A stretch of DNA of 64,000 nt from Laetmonice hystrix (Eukaryota). Below the pieces are notes generated by a model that made no database searches, had not been told where the DNA came from, and was given only the letters and a program-made list of their open reading frames with translations. The stretch is from contig OZ249451.1 of NCBI GenBank assembly GCA_965235115.1, forward strand, positions 1,550,001-1,614,000. Reading direction: 5' to 3'. Each line of letters starts with the position of its first letter. Positions within the stretch are counted from its first letter, which is position 1. Both the position numbers and the translations under genes were made by a program. Shown one piece after another: positions 28,224 through 41,437 of this stretch.

Positions 28224-28830
28224 CTTCCTGTCCCCTCCACCTCCTGTCCCTTCCACCTCCTGTCCCCTCCACCCCTATCACCTCCTGTCCCCTCCACCCC
28301 TATCACCTCCTGTCCCCTCCACCCCCTGTCCCTTCCACCTCCTGTCCCCTCCACCCCTATCCCCTCCTGTCCCCGCCACCTCCTGTCCCCTCCACCTCCT
28401 GTCCCCTCCACCCCTATCCCCTCCTGTCCCCGCCACCTCCTGTCCCCTCCACCTCCTGTCCCCTCCACCCCTATCCCCTCCTGTCCCCTCCACCCCTATC
28501 CCCTCCTGTCCCCTCCGCCTCCTGTCCCCTCCACCTCCTGTCCCCTCCACCCCTATCCCCTCCTGTCCCCTCCGCCTCCTGTCCCTTCCACCTCCTGTCC
28601 CCTCCACCCCTATCACCTCCTGTCCCCTCCACCTCCTGTCCCCTCCACCCCTATCACCTCCTGTCCCCTCCGCCTCCTGTCCCCGCCACCTCCTGTCCCT
28701 TCCACCTCCTGTCCCCTCCACCCCTATCACCTCCTGTCCCCTCCACCTCCTGTCCCCTCCACCTCCTGTCCCCTCCACCCCTATCCCCTCCTGTCCCCTC
28801 CGCCTCCTGTCCCCGCCACCTCCTGTACCC
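28224..28830. repeat. Polypyrimidine/polypurine low-complexity minisatellite
   Basis: Variants of cctcctgtcccctccacccctat; plus strand almost entirely C/T. Confidence 0.92.
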
Positions 28831-29446
28831 TCCATCCCGCACCTCTGACGTCCTCAGTTTCCAGGACAATTCTCTAGGTTCTGACTTATTAAATTAGCCA
28901 ATCACAACGTCTGAAAACTATTGCTGCCGGAGGGGACCACAACTCATTTGCATAACGTCCAAGCCCTGGAGCCTCGTTCTGAGGTGACGGAGGTGTCGAC
29001 CACACACAGCCACCCGATCATTGCTCTATTCACTCTCCCACTTACCTAGTCACCTTTTTATTACTCCCTCTCTCATCAAATCGATCATAAAGCTTTTTAT
29101 GCTGTCCTTCATTGACATTCCAATCAGTTTATTATCAAAGTCATTCAGCACTTCTCCAGGCTCACCCGCAAGAGGTCTTTATGCTACTTCCTTGTTCCGA
29201 AGAAGGTATTTACAATTACCCTTGAGTGGGACGCCTCCATGCTTTCAGGGCACTAATTGAATTGCTGATGAAGAGTTTAGTGATGTGGGTATTTGACAAG
29301 GTTGACTGCTTCCACTTACATACGCTGCCCATAACAATCCTAAACCATTTAACTAGGCTATCTTCTCATCACGAAAAAAAAACCTCCAAAATTTGTTACT
29401 TTTCCCAAACCAAATGCCTTCTATCTGAGCATCAATTTTGCAATAC

Positions 29447-29990
29447 GATCTATATCCAAATACCAGGATCCTTGAGCTTACAGGAAGTTTCGGACAATAA
29501 GACCAAGGATATGTTGCCTTGGCTGGTTATCCTGTACACAGATATCTTGGGCGCACTTTCCCTTGTGGACAGTTACCGCTGACTGTATCTATATCCAAAT
29601 ACTAAGATCCCGGAGCCTACAAGAAGTTTCAGACAATATGACCAAGGATATGTTGCCTTGGCTGGTTAACATGTTCTCTCTCCTGTACACAGATATCTTG
29701 GGTGCACTTTCCGTTTTGGGCAGTTGATAACTGTATCTATATCCAAATACCAGGATCCCGGAGCCTACAGGAAGCTTCAGACAATATGACCAAGGATATG
29801 TTGCCTTGGCTGGTTAACCTGTACACAGATATCTTGGGTGCACTTTCCCTTGTGGACAGTTACCGCTAACTGTATCTATATCCAAATACCAGGATCCCGG
29901 AGCCTACAGGAAGATTTTGTTTTGGCTGGCTATCCTGTACCCAGATATTTTAGGTGCACTTTCCCTTGTGGACAGCTACCGCTAACTGTT
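29447..29990. repeat. About 140-bp tandem repeat, 4 diverged copies
   Basis: atctatatccaaatac recurs near 29448, 29587, 29735 and 29874. Confidence 0.9.
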
Positions 29991-32892
29991 CCCTTGTCTG
30001 ACCACAAGTACAATCACGGATAACCTTGTTGACCTCTGTGGACTTGATTCCATGACACCTGGGTTTTTAATGCGGGGTTTTCTAACACAGCACAATCCCG
30101 ATATGAGCTAATTACCCTCAATTTGGTCACAAATGTGGGGTAAAATAGGCTCCGCCAGGCGTGGCCTCGTGACAGGAAGGTGTTGGTTGTGCCATCAGGC
30201 CACATGCAACCTCTGTCTATTGTCCTTGACCTGACCAGCTGGACATTGGATGACCATTGCACTGGTCACTCCCCGGACCCCTAGCCCTCCCGGACAGCAG
30301 GTAGTTTTGCCAACTTACCCTCCACTATGCATGGTCCTACCATGGTGACATGAACGAACACTTTGACATGGGGCATGACCTTGCCCCAAGGTCAATGGGG
30401 TTGTGACCTTGGGGCTCCAAGGTCGTTCAGGGTTAACCTACACATGGCTACAGGGCAGCGACTGCTGGGTTGTCGGCCTGCTGCGGCTTTGGGAGTGTGG
30501 GTTAGTTGTGTGTGTAGTCTTGGTACCCTGTCCATGTGAACAAACCTGCCCCAGGGGTAGGTCACTTTAGTTATCTGTATGTTTTCACAACTATAATAGA
30601 ACCAGAATGTGCTCACCGTCACGGTATCAATGCCATGGCTGCTTTGATGGGGGAAAACAATATGTTACACACCCCATCACAAGACGGGCCACGTCAGATT
30701 TACAAATACCCCCTGAGGAGTAAAACTTCATTCACGTGTCAAACATGGTGAAGTAAGTATGATGAATATGAAGCTTATTGTCCGGTTGTGTGTAAGCTCT
30801 TGTTATGACTACAACTGAACCCCAACAACCGTTTGGTTGAAGGAGTTCCGAGTACAAAACGATTACAAGTCCTGTGTGGATATCTGCCATAACCATCCCA
30901 ACCCTAACGACTTCTGACTCCATGGTCTTCACGCCAACCCGTGGCACACCTAGCGGTAATAAATCTCGATAAATAAACTGTGTCTGGAGAACGGGTAATT
31001 TATTATATCGAGTGTTCATTGTCATTGTTCATTCATTGTTCATGTTCATTGTCACTCAATGTTATTCTCAAACTCTCAGATACCAAATCATATAAACACA
31101 CGTTCAAACGACAATCGTCACTTTGTTACCCTCAAGTACACATTCGTAAGAATCGTATCCAACATGGCCTATTAAAATCCGATCATGCTAATCCCGAATC
31201 AAGTGCCCTCGTATTTTATCATTAAGTCAAAACATTCACGATTTTACGATAATCCTGACGCGAAACTTGCCCAAAACACCGGGATTGCACAGAAAGGTTG
31301 CAACAGGTGCCTACTTTCACCGTTTTTAAACGTTGCGCGTGTGGCTGATCGTATCTGTGCGCTGAGGTGTTCTCAAGAGAATCAGGTCACTTAGTACACC
31401 ACCAGCGGTTACTGGACTTGAACATCTCCGTGCACTGAACGCCCTGGTCCCCGGCCCACTGAACGCCCTGGTCCCCGGCCCAGGTAGCGTTACACAAATT
31501 TACTCAAAGAATTCTAATGAAGTTTCCGAGTGCAGTCGGCCTCATTTTACACCTCAACTGTTACACTCTACATCTTTACCTGGTGACGAGAAACCTGACT
31601 GTACCCACAACGACCTTTGACTGACCTTGGCGGACCTCGGGTTAAGTGAATAATGAGTGCAGTATAAGTCAACCAGTACAAAAAACATACACCTTGAACC
31701 GTGCATGTTGTACCGGGGACACTCATGGGACACTTGCAGACAATTTTGTAACAATTTGTCGTAGGAAGGTGTCATTTGGTGTTTTTTATACCCACCTGGC
31801 GCTGTCGGGGATGACGCCACACGACGCGTCAGGCGTCAACCATCTGTCAGTGGTGCTAACGGCGGTGGTGGGTGGGGTGGAGACATGCTTGCCGACCCCC
31901 TGTCCCCACCCTTACACATGTCGTCCCGGTCCTCACCCCACTAACTCTCCCACAATGTTCACCAAGTTTTTTTATGATCCATGCCGGGTTTACACACATG
32001 TCTGAGGTATATAGTATCCCGCCCTCATTAACCGAGCGGTCAGAGTGCACTCGATCTACACACAGCGGGCACTGAGTACATGTTACGGACGACACACGCA
32101 GTCACTGTCTGACAACAAGTTACATGTTGTATACTTGTGTTTACTTATTACGTCAAGATTAGAATAGATTACACCCATATATTAACGGATTTATCCTTTA
32201 CGATTTTACCCCCGTTAATGCCGTTTTCACCATGCAGTATACGAGCGTTGGGACTATATGATTACAATGCCAAATATTGAGAGAGAGAATTCTACGGTCG
32301 CACCCAATCATTGCACGGTTCATTGATTGCTGCGGTCAGTCGTCAATCCAACCGGAACTGTTGATATCAACCTCAAAGGGCACCGACCTCGACCATGTTA
32401 ACCAGCCTCGACATGGTCCCCACTCACTGAACACCGGGACTTCCTATCGGAACTCACCACCACATCTGAGGGACCCCCCCCCCCCCGGCCTGGGGTGGGG
32501 GGGGGGGCAATCCACCAGCCTAATCGTGGCATTGTTCTCAGTCACAGCTACCAGGAAACACATGCTATAGGGGGTTTCCCATCGTACCACAACCCCACCC
32601 TGATAAACATACACCTTCATGTTTAACACAAATTGATTCCCGGAAAATTGTCTTTCATGAAAAAAGTTCTTTTCTTGCTGCTACAGCTCAAGTGTGACCG
32701 CCAACATTTCACACTGACTTACATAACTGAAGGCCGTTCATAGAGTGAATCCAAACAGAACGCGTTTATTTCAAGGTCAGAGAGAAAGATGGTTATTTGA
32801 AGGTCATTAATATTCGATAGGAGCCGTGGGTGTGTGCATGCCGTGGGGTGTGTGAGTGCCCTGTGATTGGTTTGATATGAACACGGAGGCCC

Positions 32893-33003
32893 TGAATGTG
32901 TGCGTCGAGTGCTGACCACGACTGTCCTCCCTGAACGTGTGCGTCGAGTGCTGACCACGACTGTCCTCCCTGAACGTGTGCGTCGAGTGCTGACCACGTC
33001 TGT
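32893..33003. repeat. 39-bp tandem repeat, 3 copies
   Basis: tgaacgtgtgcgtcgagtgctgaccacgactgtcctccc. Confidence 0.9.
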
Positions 33004-33202
33004 CCTCGATTCCATTCACCGTGAGGAGATTACAAATGAGGATTGTGTAATGGTTCAGACTGCCTCCCCAGGTCCGTGCTGCTGCCTACCGACCCCTGCC
33101 CGAGGTCACATTATATCGGTCACATTATTACTGGTCACACTGATGGTCACCTCAGACAACCCCATAGGGCCCTATACCAGACTACCCTCTCCTCCACACA
33201 GC

Positions 33203-33358
33203 CCCCCACTGACCTCAGATCTCAATGAGGTCCGATATCTGGCCCCCACTGACCTCAGATCTCAATGAGGTCCGCGATCTGCCCCCACTGACCTCAGATC
33301 TCAATGAGGTCCGAGATCTGTCCCCACTGACCTCAGATCTCAATGAGGTCCGAGATCT
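33203..33358. repeat. 39-bp tandem repeat, 4 copies
   Basis: cccccactgacctcagatctcaatgaggtccgagatctg. Confidence 0.9.
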
Positions 33359-34684
33359 TGACCTCCGTACCCTAAGCTCGCCGTTCAAACCCACCCAGGT
33401 GACCAACATGGCCGCCGCCCGATCCTGACACAGAACAAAGCTAGCAGTACGATTTGTCAGCCCGTGTAGTGGGGGCCGAGCGTTGTGACCACACGGTCCA
33501 GTGTCCAGCTACCCGACCTGCTCACAACTCGGGTTGACACGGCAAATAACATCAACGGCTTCTCACCACTATGACGTCATAAATCAAACAGAGGCCGAGG
33601 TTCAAACACTGGGTTCGGGCCACAGTTCTTGGACCGTGTATTATGGACAATATTTCTATTATCACGTCAGCGGGGATGACGACTGCTGGTTCGCTCACCT
33701 ACAGGTGGTTTATCGGGCAGTGGGATTACATCGGATCACAGGGCAAATTACGGGACTACATGTTAAAATCTGTTAACCCCTGCACTTAGGTTGGACCCTG
33801 AGTTACAGGTGGTTACATGGCAGGGTCGAGGAAATACCCCACTCCAGAAAACATGACCTCAGTGACACAACGTATCCACACACATGTAGCCCCCACCCCA
33901 CATCCTTCAACATGCAATGCACCCCACGACCTCCAGCTCTCTAAATCCTTCCGTTGCATTCCTCAACCGGTAAATTAGTGAACAACACAAGGCCAGTTGG
34001 AAGACAAAGGTTCACTGGCCTGAGAGGTGTGGCCTGGCACTATGACAAGAGAGGCCGACACTTTCCTCGTTTATTGCCCAGTCACCCCCAACAATAGCTC
34101 GGTAGATTTGTATTGATGCCTACCCTATTCACATTGATGTTTACCTCATTCGCACTCATCCGAGACCCAACATCAAGTCAGCCTACATGACCAAATCATG
34201 TTTCTGTCTATCATGGTGACCCTTGACGTGACAATGTCAGTTTCTTTGTCTGCAACCTATTGATTTTACGTGTTATCTATTATTTGTTGGCTCAACATCA
34301 GCTGATCGGGGCCTTACATTTTCATATTGATGCTAACGCTCCTTACAGGCCTACTAGTAAACTAGTAATCCCATATTGTCAGTGTGGTTCAGGATAACGC
34401 CATCTAGTGGCGGCGTTCGATATGAGGACGACCTCGGTTTGGTGTGGCCGCCGTCATCAGTAGATCATGTGACTACTGACATTGTCTTCTTGTCGTCATA
34501 ACAACAAGAACGTCGACAACGTCATCTACAAACGTTCTGTGCCGCTCATGTATCCCTGACGTTACGTCATACCCACACCTTCTTCTCATCCCGAAGATAA
34601 ACGACAACGTCATAATGGGATTCTAACGAGGATTTTGATTGGCTGTCTGAGGCTTGTCGTCAGCCATATGTCATATCGTGCCAC

Positions 34685-34940
34685 CGTGTCTGTGACACCA
34701 GATCTGTGACATAGGTCTGTGCCATCGAGTCTGTGACACAAGATCTGTGACACAGGTCCGTGCCACCGAGTCTGTGACACAAGATCTGTGACACAGGTCC
34801 GTGCCACCGAGTCTGTGACACAGGTCCGTGCCACCGAGTCTATGACACAAGATCTGTGACACAGGTCCGTGCCACAGAGTCTATGACACATGGTCTGTCA
34901 CACAGGTCTGTGCCATCGAGTCTGTGACACATGGTCTGTG
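34685..34940. repeat. Mosaic minisatellite built on ctgtgacaca
   Basis: gtctgtgacacaagatctgtgacacaggtccgtgccaccga variants. Confidence 0.88.
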
Positions 34941-35658
34941 ACCGCTGAGACCGTCACCACAGGCTCCGACTGGCCTACCATTAAGATCCTCTATGATCTG
35001 ACAATCCAGAATCCTGTCTCGGTCCAGCCGCCACTCCGCCAACCACCCCCACATTCCTGAGGCGTATCCAAGTATTACAACACACGCCCTCACCCCTCCA
35101 CCCTCCCGGCCTTATCTACCCCCAGCGTTGCGAGGGTACCCGGAGTCACCCCGGTCGGGTAGTAAACGTCGGGATGAGTTGAGTGAGATATTGTTGGTCT
35201 CCGTTACGTGAAGTATCGTCGACAACAATACTTGACGTGAGGGGTTTGGTACGGAGGGGGGGGGGGGGGGTAGGATGGGTGGTCATCTCACAGACTGTAC
35301 CCCCATACTGGACTGACAGCAGGGGTGAAAAATTATGTTTCATTGGTGTCGGCCGGGCCGTACTAGTTGACCCTATGTGCACCTGGTGACCCTGGTACGG
35401 TTGGGTACCGAGTGGTGGGGTGGGGGTCGAGTGGTCAGTTATTGAGAAACCTTAGCCCGGCTTGCACAAGCTTACTGTCACCGGGCCAGGGCCGGGACGG
35501 GGCCGGGCAGTCATAAAACTCCACAATCAACCCCCTTCACCCCACTAACGAGCCCCTCTCTGACCTTAGCTCATACCCCCTCATCAGTCACACCCTTCGT
35601 AACCCTCACCCCGGTGTAAATACCCCCGACTTCATCAAAAAGATTGACTTCCGACTGC

Positions 35659-36560
35659 TACCTGTGCTGTGTTTGAAGTATACATAACACCGGTACATGT
35701 GCTGTGTTTGAAGTATACATAACACCGGTACCTGTGCTGTGTTTGGAGTATACATAACACCGATACCTGTGCTGTGTTTGAAGTATACATAACACCGGTA
35801 CATGTGCTGTGTTTGAAGTATACATAACACCGGTACATCTGCTGTGTTTGGAGTATACATAACACCGGTACCTGTGCTGTGTTTGAAGTATACATAACAC
35901 CGATACCTGTGCTGTGTTTGAAATATACACAACACCGGTACATGTGCTGTGTTTGAAGTATACATAACACCTGTACCTGTGCTGTGTTTGAAGTAGACCT
36001 AACACCAGTACCTGTGCTGTGTTTGAAGTAGACCTAACACCGGTACCTGTGCTGTGTTTGAAGTAGACCTAACACCGGTACCTGGGCTGTGTTTGAAGTA
36101 TACATAACACCGGTACCTGGGCTGTGTTTGAAGTATACATAACACCGGTACCTGTGCTATGTTTGAAGTACATAACACCGGTACCTGTGCGGGTTTTTGA
36201 AGTATACCTAACACCAGTACCTGTGCTGTGTTTGAAGTATACATAACACCGGTACCTGTGCTGTGTTTGAAGTATACATAACACCGGTACCTGTGCTGTG
36301 TTTGAAGTATACATAACACCGGTACCTGTGCTGTGTTTGAAGTATACATAACACCGGTACCTGTGCTGTGTTTGAAGTATACATAACACCGGTACCTGTG
36401 CTGTGTTTGAAGTATACATAACACCGGTACCTGTGCTGTGTTTGAAGTATACATAACACCGGTACCTGTGCTGTGTTTGAAGTATACATAACACCGGTAC
36501 CTGGGCTGTGTTTGAAGTATACATAACACCGGTACCTGGGCTGTGTTTGAAGTATACATA
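35659..36560. repeat. 35-bp minisatellite, about 26 copies
   Basis: Unit gtgctgtgtttgaagtatacataacaccggtacct. Confidence 0.95.
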
Positions 36561-36825
36561 ACGGGTCCTGACCTTTGCTACCACTCAGTTTTCAAACTAT
36601 ATTTACAGAGACCTAAACGACATATTGCCAATTCAATATTTATCTCACAGTGCATGTTTTTAAACAGTAACTGTGAAAAAATTGGGTAACATTTTAAATT
36701 TAAGGAGGGAGGAGTAGACAGCTGGTAAAGATATTTGCCTCCATGTGGGAGGTAAGTGTCCCAGCAGTCAACCAAGGAGGGCTGAAGTACCACCCTCGGA
36801 GACCCTTGAGAGTTGGTGACATTCA

Positions 36826-36885
36826 CCCGTGGGGACCCCCTAACCCGTTGGGGACCCCCTAACCCGTGGGGGACCCCCTAACCCG
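36826..36885. repeat. About 19-20-bp repeat, 3 copies
   Basis: acccgtggggacccccta. Confidence 0.8.
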
Positions 36886-37174
36886 CACCCCTGGGATTTT
36901 CTTTGAGGGTTTCATTTTTGCTGCACGCGTGCTACCTGGTCCTAGATTCCTTGACACTCGGCCTAAGCCGGCAGGCGGGGGGGGGGGTGAATACCCCGGC
37001 TTAAACCCCCCTAACTAAATATTCAGGGAATGTCGGGAGTTTGAATCACAGCCAGTGACAGACAGGTCGGCAGTAGTAGGTATCTCCACGCTGCTGGTCG
37101 CATCATCTGAACATCTTCATTGAAATGTTTCCATCATCAGTTTATGAACATCGATAAGGGTATCAGGGACCACA

Positions 37175-37735
37175 CCAGTTGGACCACATTATGTCAATCC
37201 AAATAACCCACCCAGTAGTTGGACCACATTATGTCAATCCAACCCCACCCAGTAGTTGGACCACATTATGTCAATCCAAATAACCCACCCAGTAGTTGGA
37301 CCACATTATGTCAATCCAAATAACCCACCCAGTAGTTGGACCACATTATGTCAATCCAAATAACCCACCCAGTAGTTGGACCACATTATGTCAATCCAAA
37401 TAACCCACCCAGTAGTTGGACCACATTATGTCAATCCAAATAACCCACCCAGTAGTTGGACCACATTATGTCAATCCAAATAACCCACCCAGTAGTTGGA
37501 CCACATTATGTCAATCCAAATAACCCACCCAGTAGTTGGACCACATTATGTCAATCCAAACCCACCCAGTAGTTGGACTACATTTTAATATGTCAATCCA
37601 AATAACCCACTCAGTAGTTGGACTACATTATGTCAATACAAACCCACCCAGTAGTTGGACCACATTATGTCAATCCAAATAACCCACCCAGTAGTTGGAC
37701 CACATTATGTCAATCCAAACCCACCCAGTAGTTGA
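37175..37735. repeat. 40-bp minisatellite, about 14 copies
   Basis: Unit acccacccagtagttggaccacattatgtcaatccaaata. Confidence 0.95.
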
Positions 37736-38242
37736 GTCACCACGTTACTGTCCCCACACGAACACCATGGTATAAATGTAATTATTGATATCATCGGCAG
37801 TGACATGGTTTTGATTCCCGCCACTCCAGGTGAGCAGGGTTTCCCTGAGGTTGGCGGACAGCCAGCAATCAGATAGTACCAATCAATGTTGGTTATCCAA
37901 ACGTTTAGAAACATTCACCACTGTTAACCTCTCAGTCGGACCATGTCAAGTCGGGTCAGTGTGATCAGATGGAGGTTAGACAACTTGTCAACCCCTGCAG
38001 GCAAACGGTCGACATGTGGCAGCGAAAATACACTGTGTAATGATACCACTCATAAAAACAACATTTGGAGGATGTGGTGGGGGTTAGGGAGGGGTGGGGC
38101 GGGGACGCTGGTTAGAACGCGCGCGTCTGATGATGACACTGGTATCGTCTGGCCGGTCACACCGTGCTCGAGCCTTAATGATGACTGTGGTCGGTTTATG
38201 ATGATGACCACAGCTAAAGATAAAACCACAGTTATTACGGCT

Positions 38243-39731
38243 CGCACAGCCACAGCACCACAACAGTTAGGATTACCATCGGTGACATTGACAGAAACAG
38301 TCATTACGACAGCCACAGCCACAGCACCACAACAGTTAGGATTACCATTGGTGACATTGACAGAAACAGTCATTACGACAGCCACAGCACCACAACAGTT
38401 AAGATTACCATCGGTGACATTGACAGAAACAGTCATTACGACAGCCACAGCACCACAACAGTTAGGATTACCATTGGTGACATTGACAGAAACAGTCATT
38501 ACGACAGCCACAGCACCACAACAGTTAGGATTACCATTGGTGACATTGACAGAAACAGTCATTACGACAGCCACAGCCACAGCCCCACAACAGTTAGGAT
38601 TACGATCGGTGACATTGACAGAAACAGTCATTACGACAGCCACAGCACCACAACAGCTAGGATTACCATTGGTGACATTGACAGAAACAGTCATTACGAC
38701 AGCCACAGCACCACAACAGTTAGGATTACCATCGGTGACATTGACAGAAACAGTCATTACGACAGCCACAGCACCACAACAGTTAGGATTACCATTGGTG
38801 ACATTGACAGAAACAGTTATTACGACAGCCACAGCACCACAACAGTTAGGATTACCATCGGTGACATTGACAGAAACAGTTATTACGACTCGCACAGCCA
38901 CAGCACCACAACAGTTAGGATTACCATTGGTGACATTGACAGAAACAGTCATTACGACAGCCACAGCACCACAACAGCTAGGATTACCATCGGTGACATT
39001 GACAGAAACAGTCATTACGACTCGCACAGCCACAGAACCATCGGTGACATTGACAGAAACAGTCATTACGACAGCCACAGCACCACAACAGTTAGGATTA
39101 CCATCGGTGACATTGACAGAAACAGTCATTACGACAGCCACAGCACCACAACAGTTAGGATTACCATAGGTGACATTGACAGAAACAGTCATTACGACAG
39201 TCACAGCCACAGCACCACAACAGTTAGGATTACCATTGGTGACATTGACAGAAACAGTCATTACGACTCGCACAGCCACAGCACCACAACAGCTAGGATT
39301 ACCATCGGTGACATTGACAGAAACAGTCATTACGACTCCACAGCCACAGCACCACAACAGTTAGGATTACCATTGGTGACATTGACAGAAACAGTTATTA
39401 CGACAGCCACAGCCACAGCACCACAACAGTTAGGATTACCATTGGTGACATTGACAGAAACAGTCATTACGACAGCCACAGCACCACAACAGTTAGGATT
39501 ACCATTGGTGACATTGACAGAAACAGTCATTACGACTCGCACAGCCACAGCACCACAACAGTTAGGATTACCATCGGTGACATTGACAGAAACAGTCATT
39601 ACGACTCGCACAGCCACAGCACCACAACAGTTAGGATTACCATTGGTGACATTGACAGAAACAGTCATTACGACTCGCACAGCCACAGCACCACAACAGT
39701 TAGGATTACCATCGGTGACATTGACAGAAAC
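38243..39731. repeat. 63-bp minisatellite, about 23 copies, with 6-bp insertion variants
   Basis: Unit gccacagcaccacaacagttaggattacca(t/c)ggtgacattgacagaaacagtcattacgaca. Confidence 0.95.
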
Positions 39732-40050
39732 AACTCCACTCTGAAGTTGATCCTCCTCAACATGATGCCCTAAACTTGAGAAATCAGTAACTCATTCTGC
39801 CGTCCATGTACTTGAATTATCCATACAAATTTAATTGAGAATACTTCCGCGTGTCCATATTAAGATTCTCTGAGATAAAGTGAAGACGTGACGCCGACCG
39901 ATTTAAATTTACTTCTGTGTCAATAAATCTTTGAACGTCAACGTCTTAAAAACGTATAGCAGGCGGGATTGACCGGGTACTTTTTCTTTTCTCGATTTTG
40001 ATTCGCTTTGGGCAGCTTATCGAAGACGTCAGTAAGAACATGCCTGTATA

Positions 40051-40276
40051 TAGTCGGTACAGCTGTACATGTACCACATCAATAACTATTATTTGAAGTT
40101 CTCATCAACCCAAACTGTCCAGTGTGTAGTCAGTACAGCTGTACATGTACCCCATCAATAACTATTATTTGAAGTTCTCACCAACCCAAACTGCCCAGTG
40201 TGTAGTCAGTACAGCTGTACATGTACCCCATCAATATCTATTATTTGAAGTTCTCACCAACCCAAACTGCCCAGTG
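40051..40276. repeat. 76-bp tandem repeat, 3 copies
   Basis: tagtc(g/a)gtacagctgtacatgtacc... at 40051, 40127 and 40203. Confidence 0.92.
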
Positions 40277-41437
40277 TCCTGATTTACCACTTGCCCCCTG
40301 ACTCCCCGTTACGCCGCCCTGGCAGACCGATTAAACCAACCGGTAACGTCCCCTCACCCCCCTAAAATAGTCAACACGGCGACATGTGATACCTTTTAGT
40401 TAGGGAGGTCTTGACTTGTTCCCTGGTCAGGTCACCCAGTGCACACTGGCCAGTAGGGTGTGTACCCTTCACCCCGCTCCAACATGCTGGGTTAATTTAA
40501 CCCTGAAAATTAATAAATCCATATTTCATTATCAACGCCCCGCTAAAGTTGTGGACATCAGAGAGTGCTTATCGTGTGGTACGCCACCGTGGAGTGTTAC
40601 GGGCAACCCGAGGGTGCTACCGAGATGCGCCCCACCCAGGGGGTAAGACGGGGTAAGATACCCCTCTCTGATAACAACCCCCCAGTCGGAATCCAGCCAA
40701 TCATTTTTTGATTCCTATCATCACTTCAAGTTCTTAAAGGCCGGGGGCAGACTATAAAAGGGGCCAATGGCAGCCTCTGATGCATATGTTAATTACTTTC
40801 ATGCCCTTCACAGCAGTCTGGATATTTCACACATTTTCCTCTCTTATGAGCATTCTTTCAGATATAATTCACTGAAAATTGTCAGACAAGTGATTAAATA
40901 TACAGGGAATACAGATATATACTCAATTCGACGCAACACTGAACGGAATTGTACTTTGAGGAGAATTTCTGCATCAAAACAACCCCGATTTGGCCGTTAG
41001 AATTTGGATTTGATTGACAGCTCTGTGGTCACGTGACCAGTACTACAGCTTATCTGCACACGTGCTTGTGTTGACAAACATAGTCCACATCAAAGACTGC
41101 TGCCGTGGCTCGTGATGGGAGATATATGCCGCAGACATTTGGAGAGCTGCATAATTTGTAGGGCCTACATGTGGTAATCTATGAAGGTGAAGGTGAGGTA
41201 GACTAGAGCATGGAAAAATCATTGATGGCTTGCATTGCTGTAGTAAAAACAATTTTTCCCAGTCCCATCTAAGCACGTCACATCTTGAGCACAGTACATC
41301 CAACAGAGAAATATTATTACAGTAAGGCTGATGAAAAATAGCACATCACACAAGAAGTTTGCAGGACTGTCCAAGTCTGATGAAAATGTTAATTTCGACA
41401 GGGTTGTTTGAAGCCTACCTCACCATTAGTCTTTCTT

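Noticed and set aside
28109-28897. 262-aa Pro-rich ORF
   Set aside because: Translation of polypyrimidine low-complexity repeats.
35606-36584. Overlapping Cys/Tyr-rich ORFs
   Set aside because: The 35-bp unit shifts frame each copy, so these are repeat artefacts.
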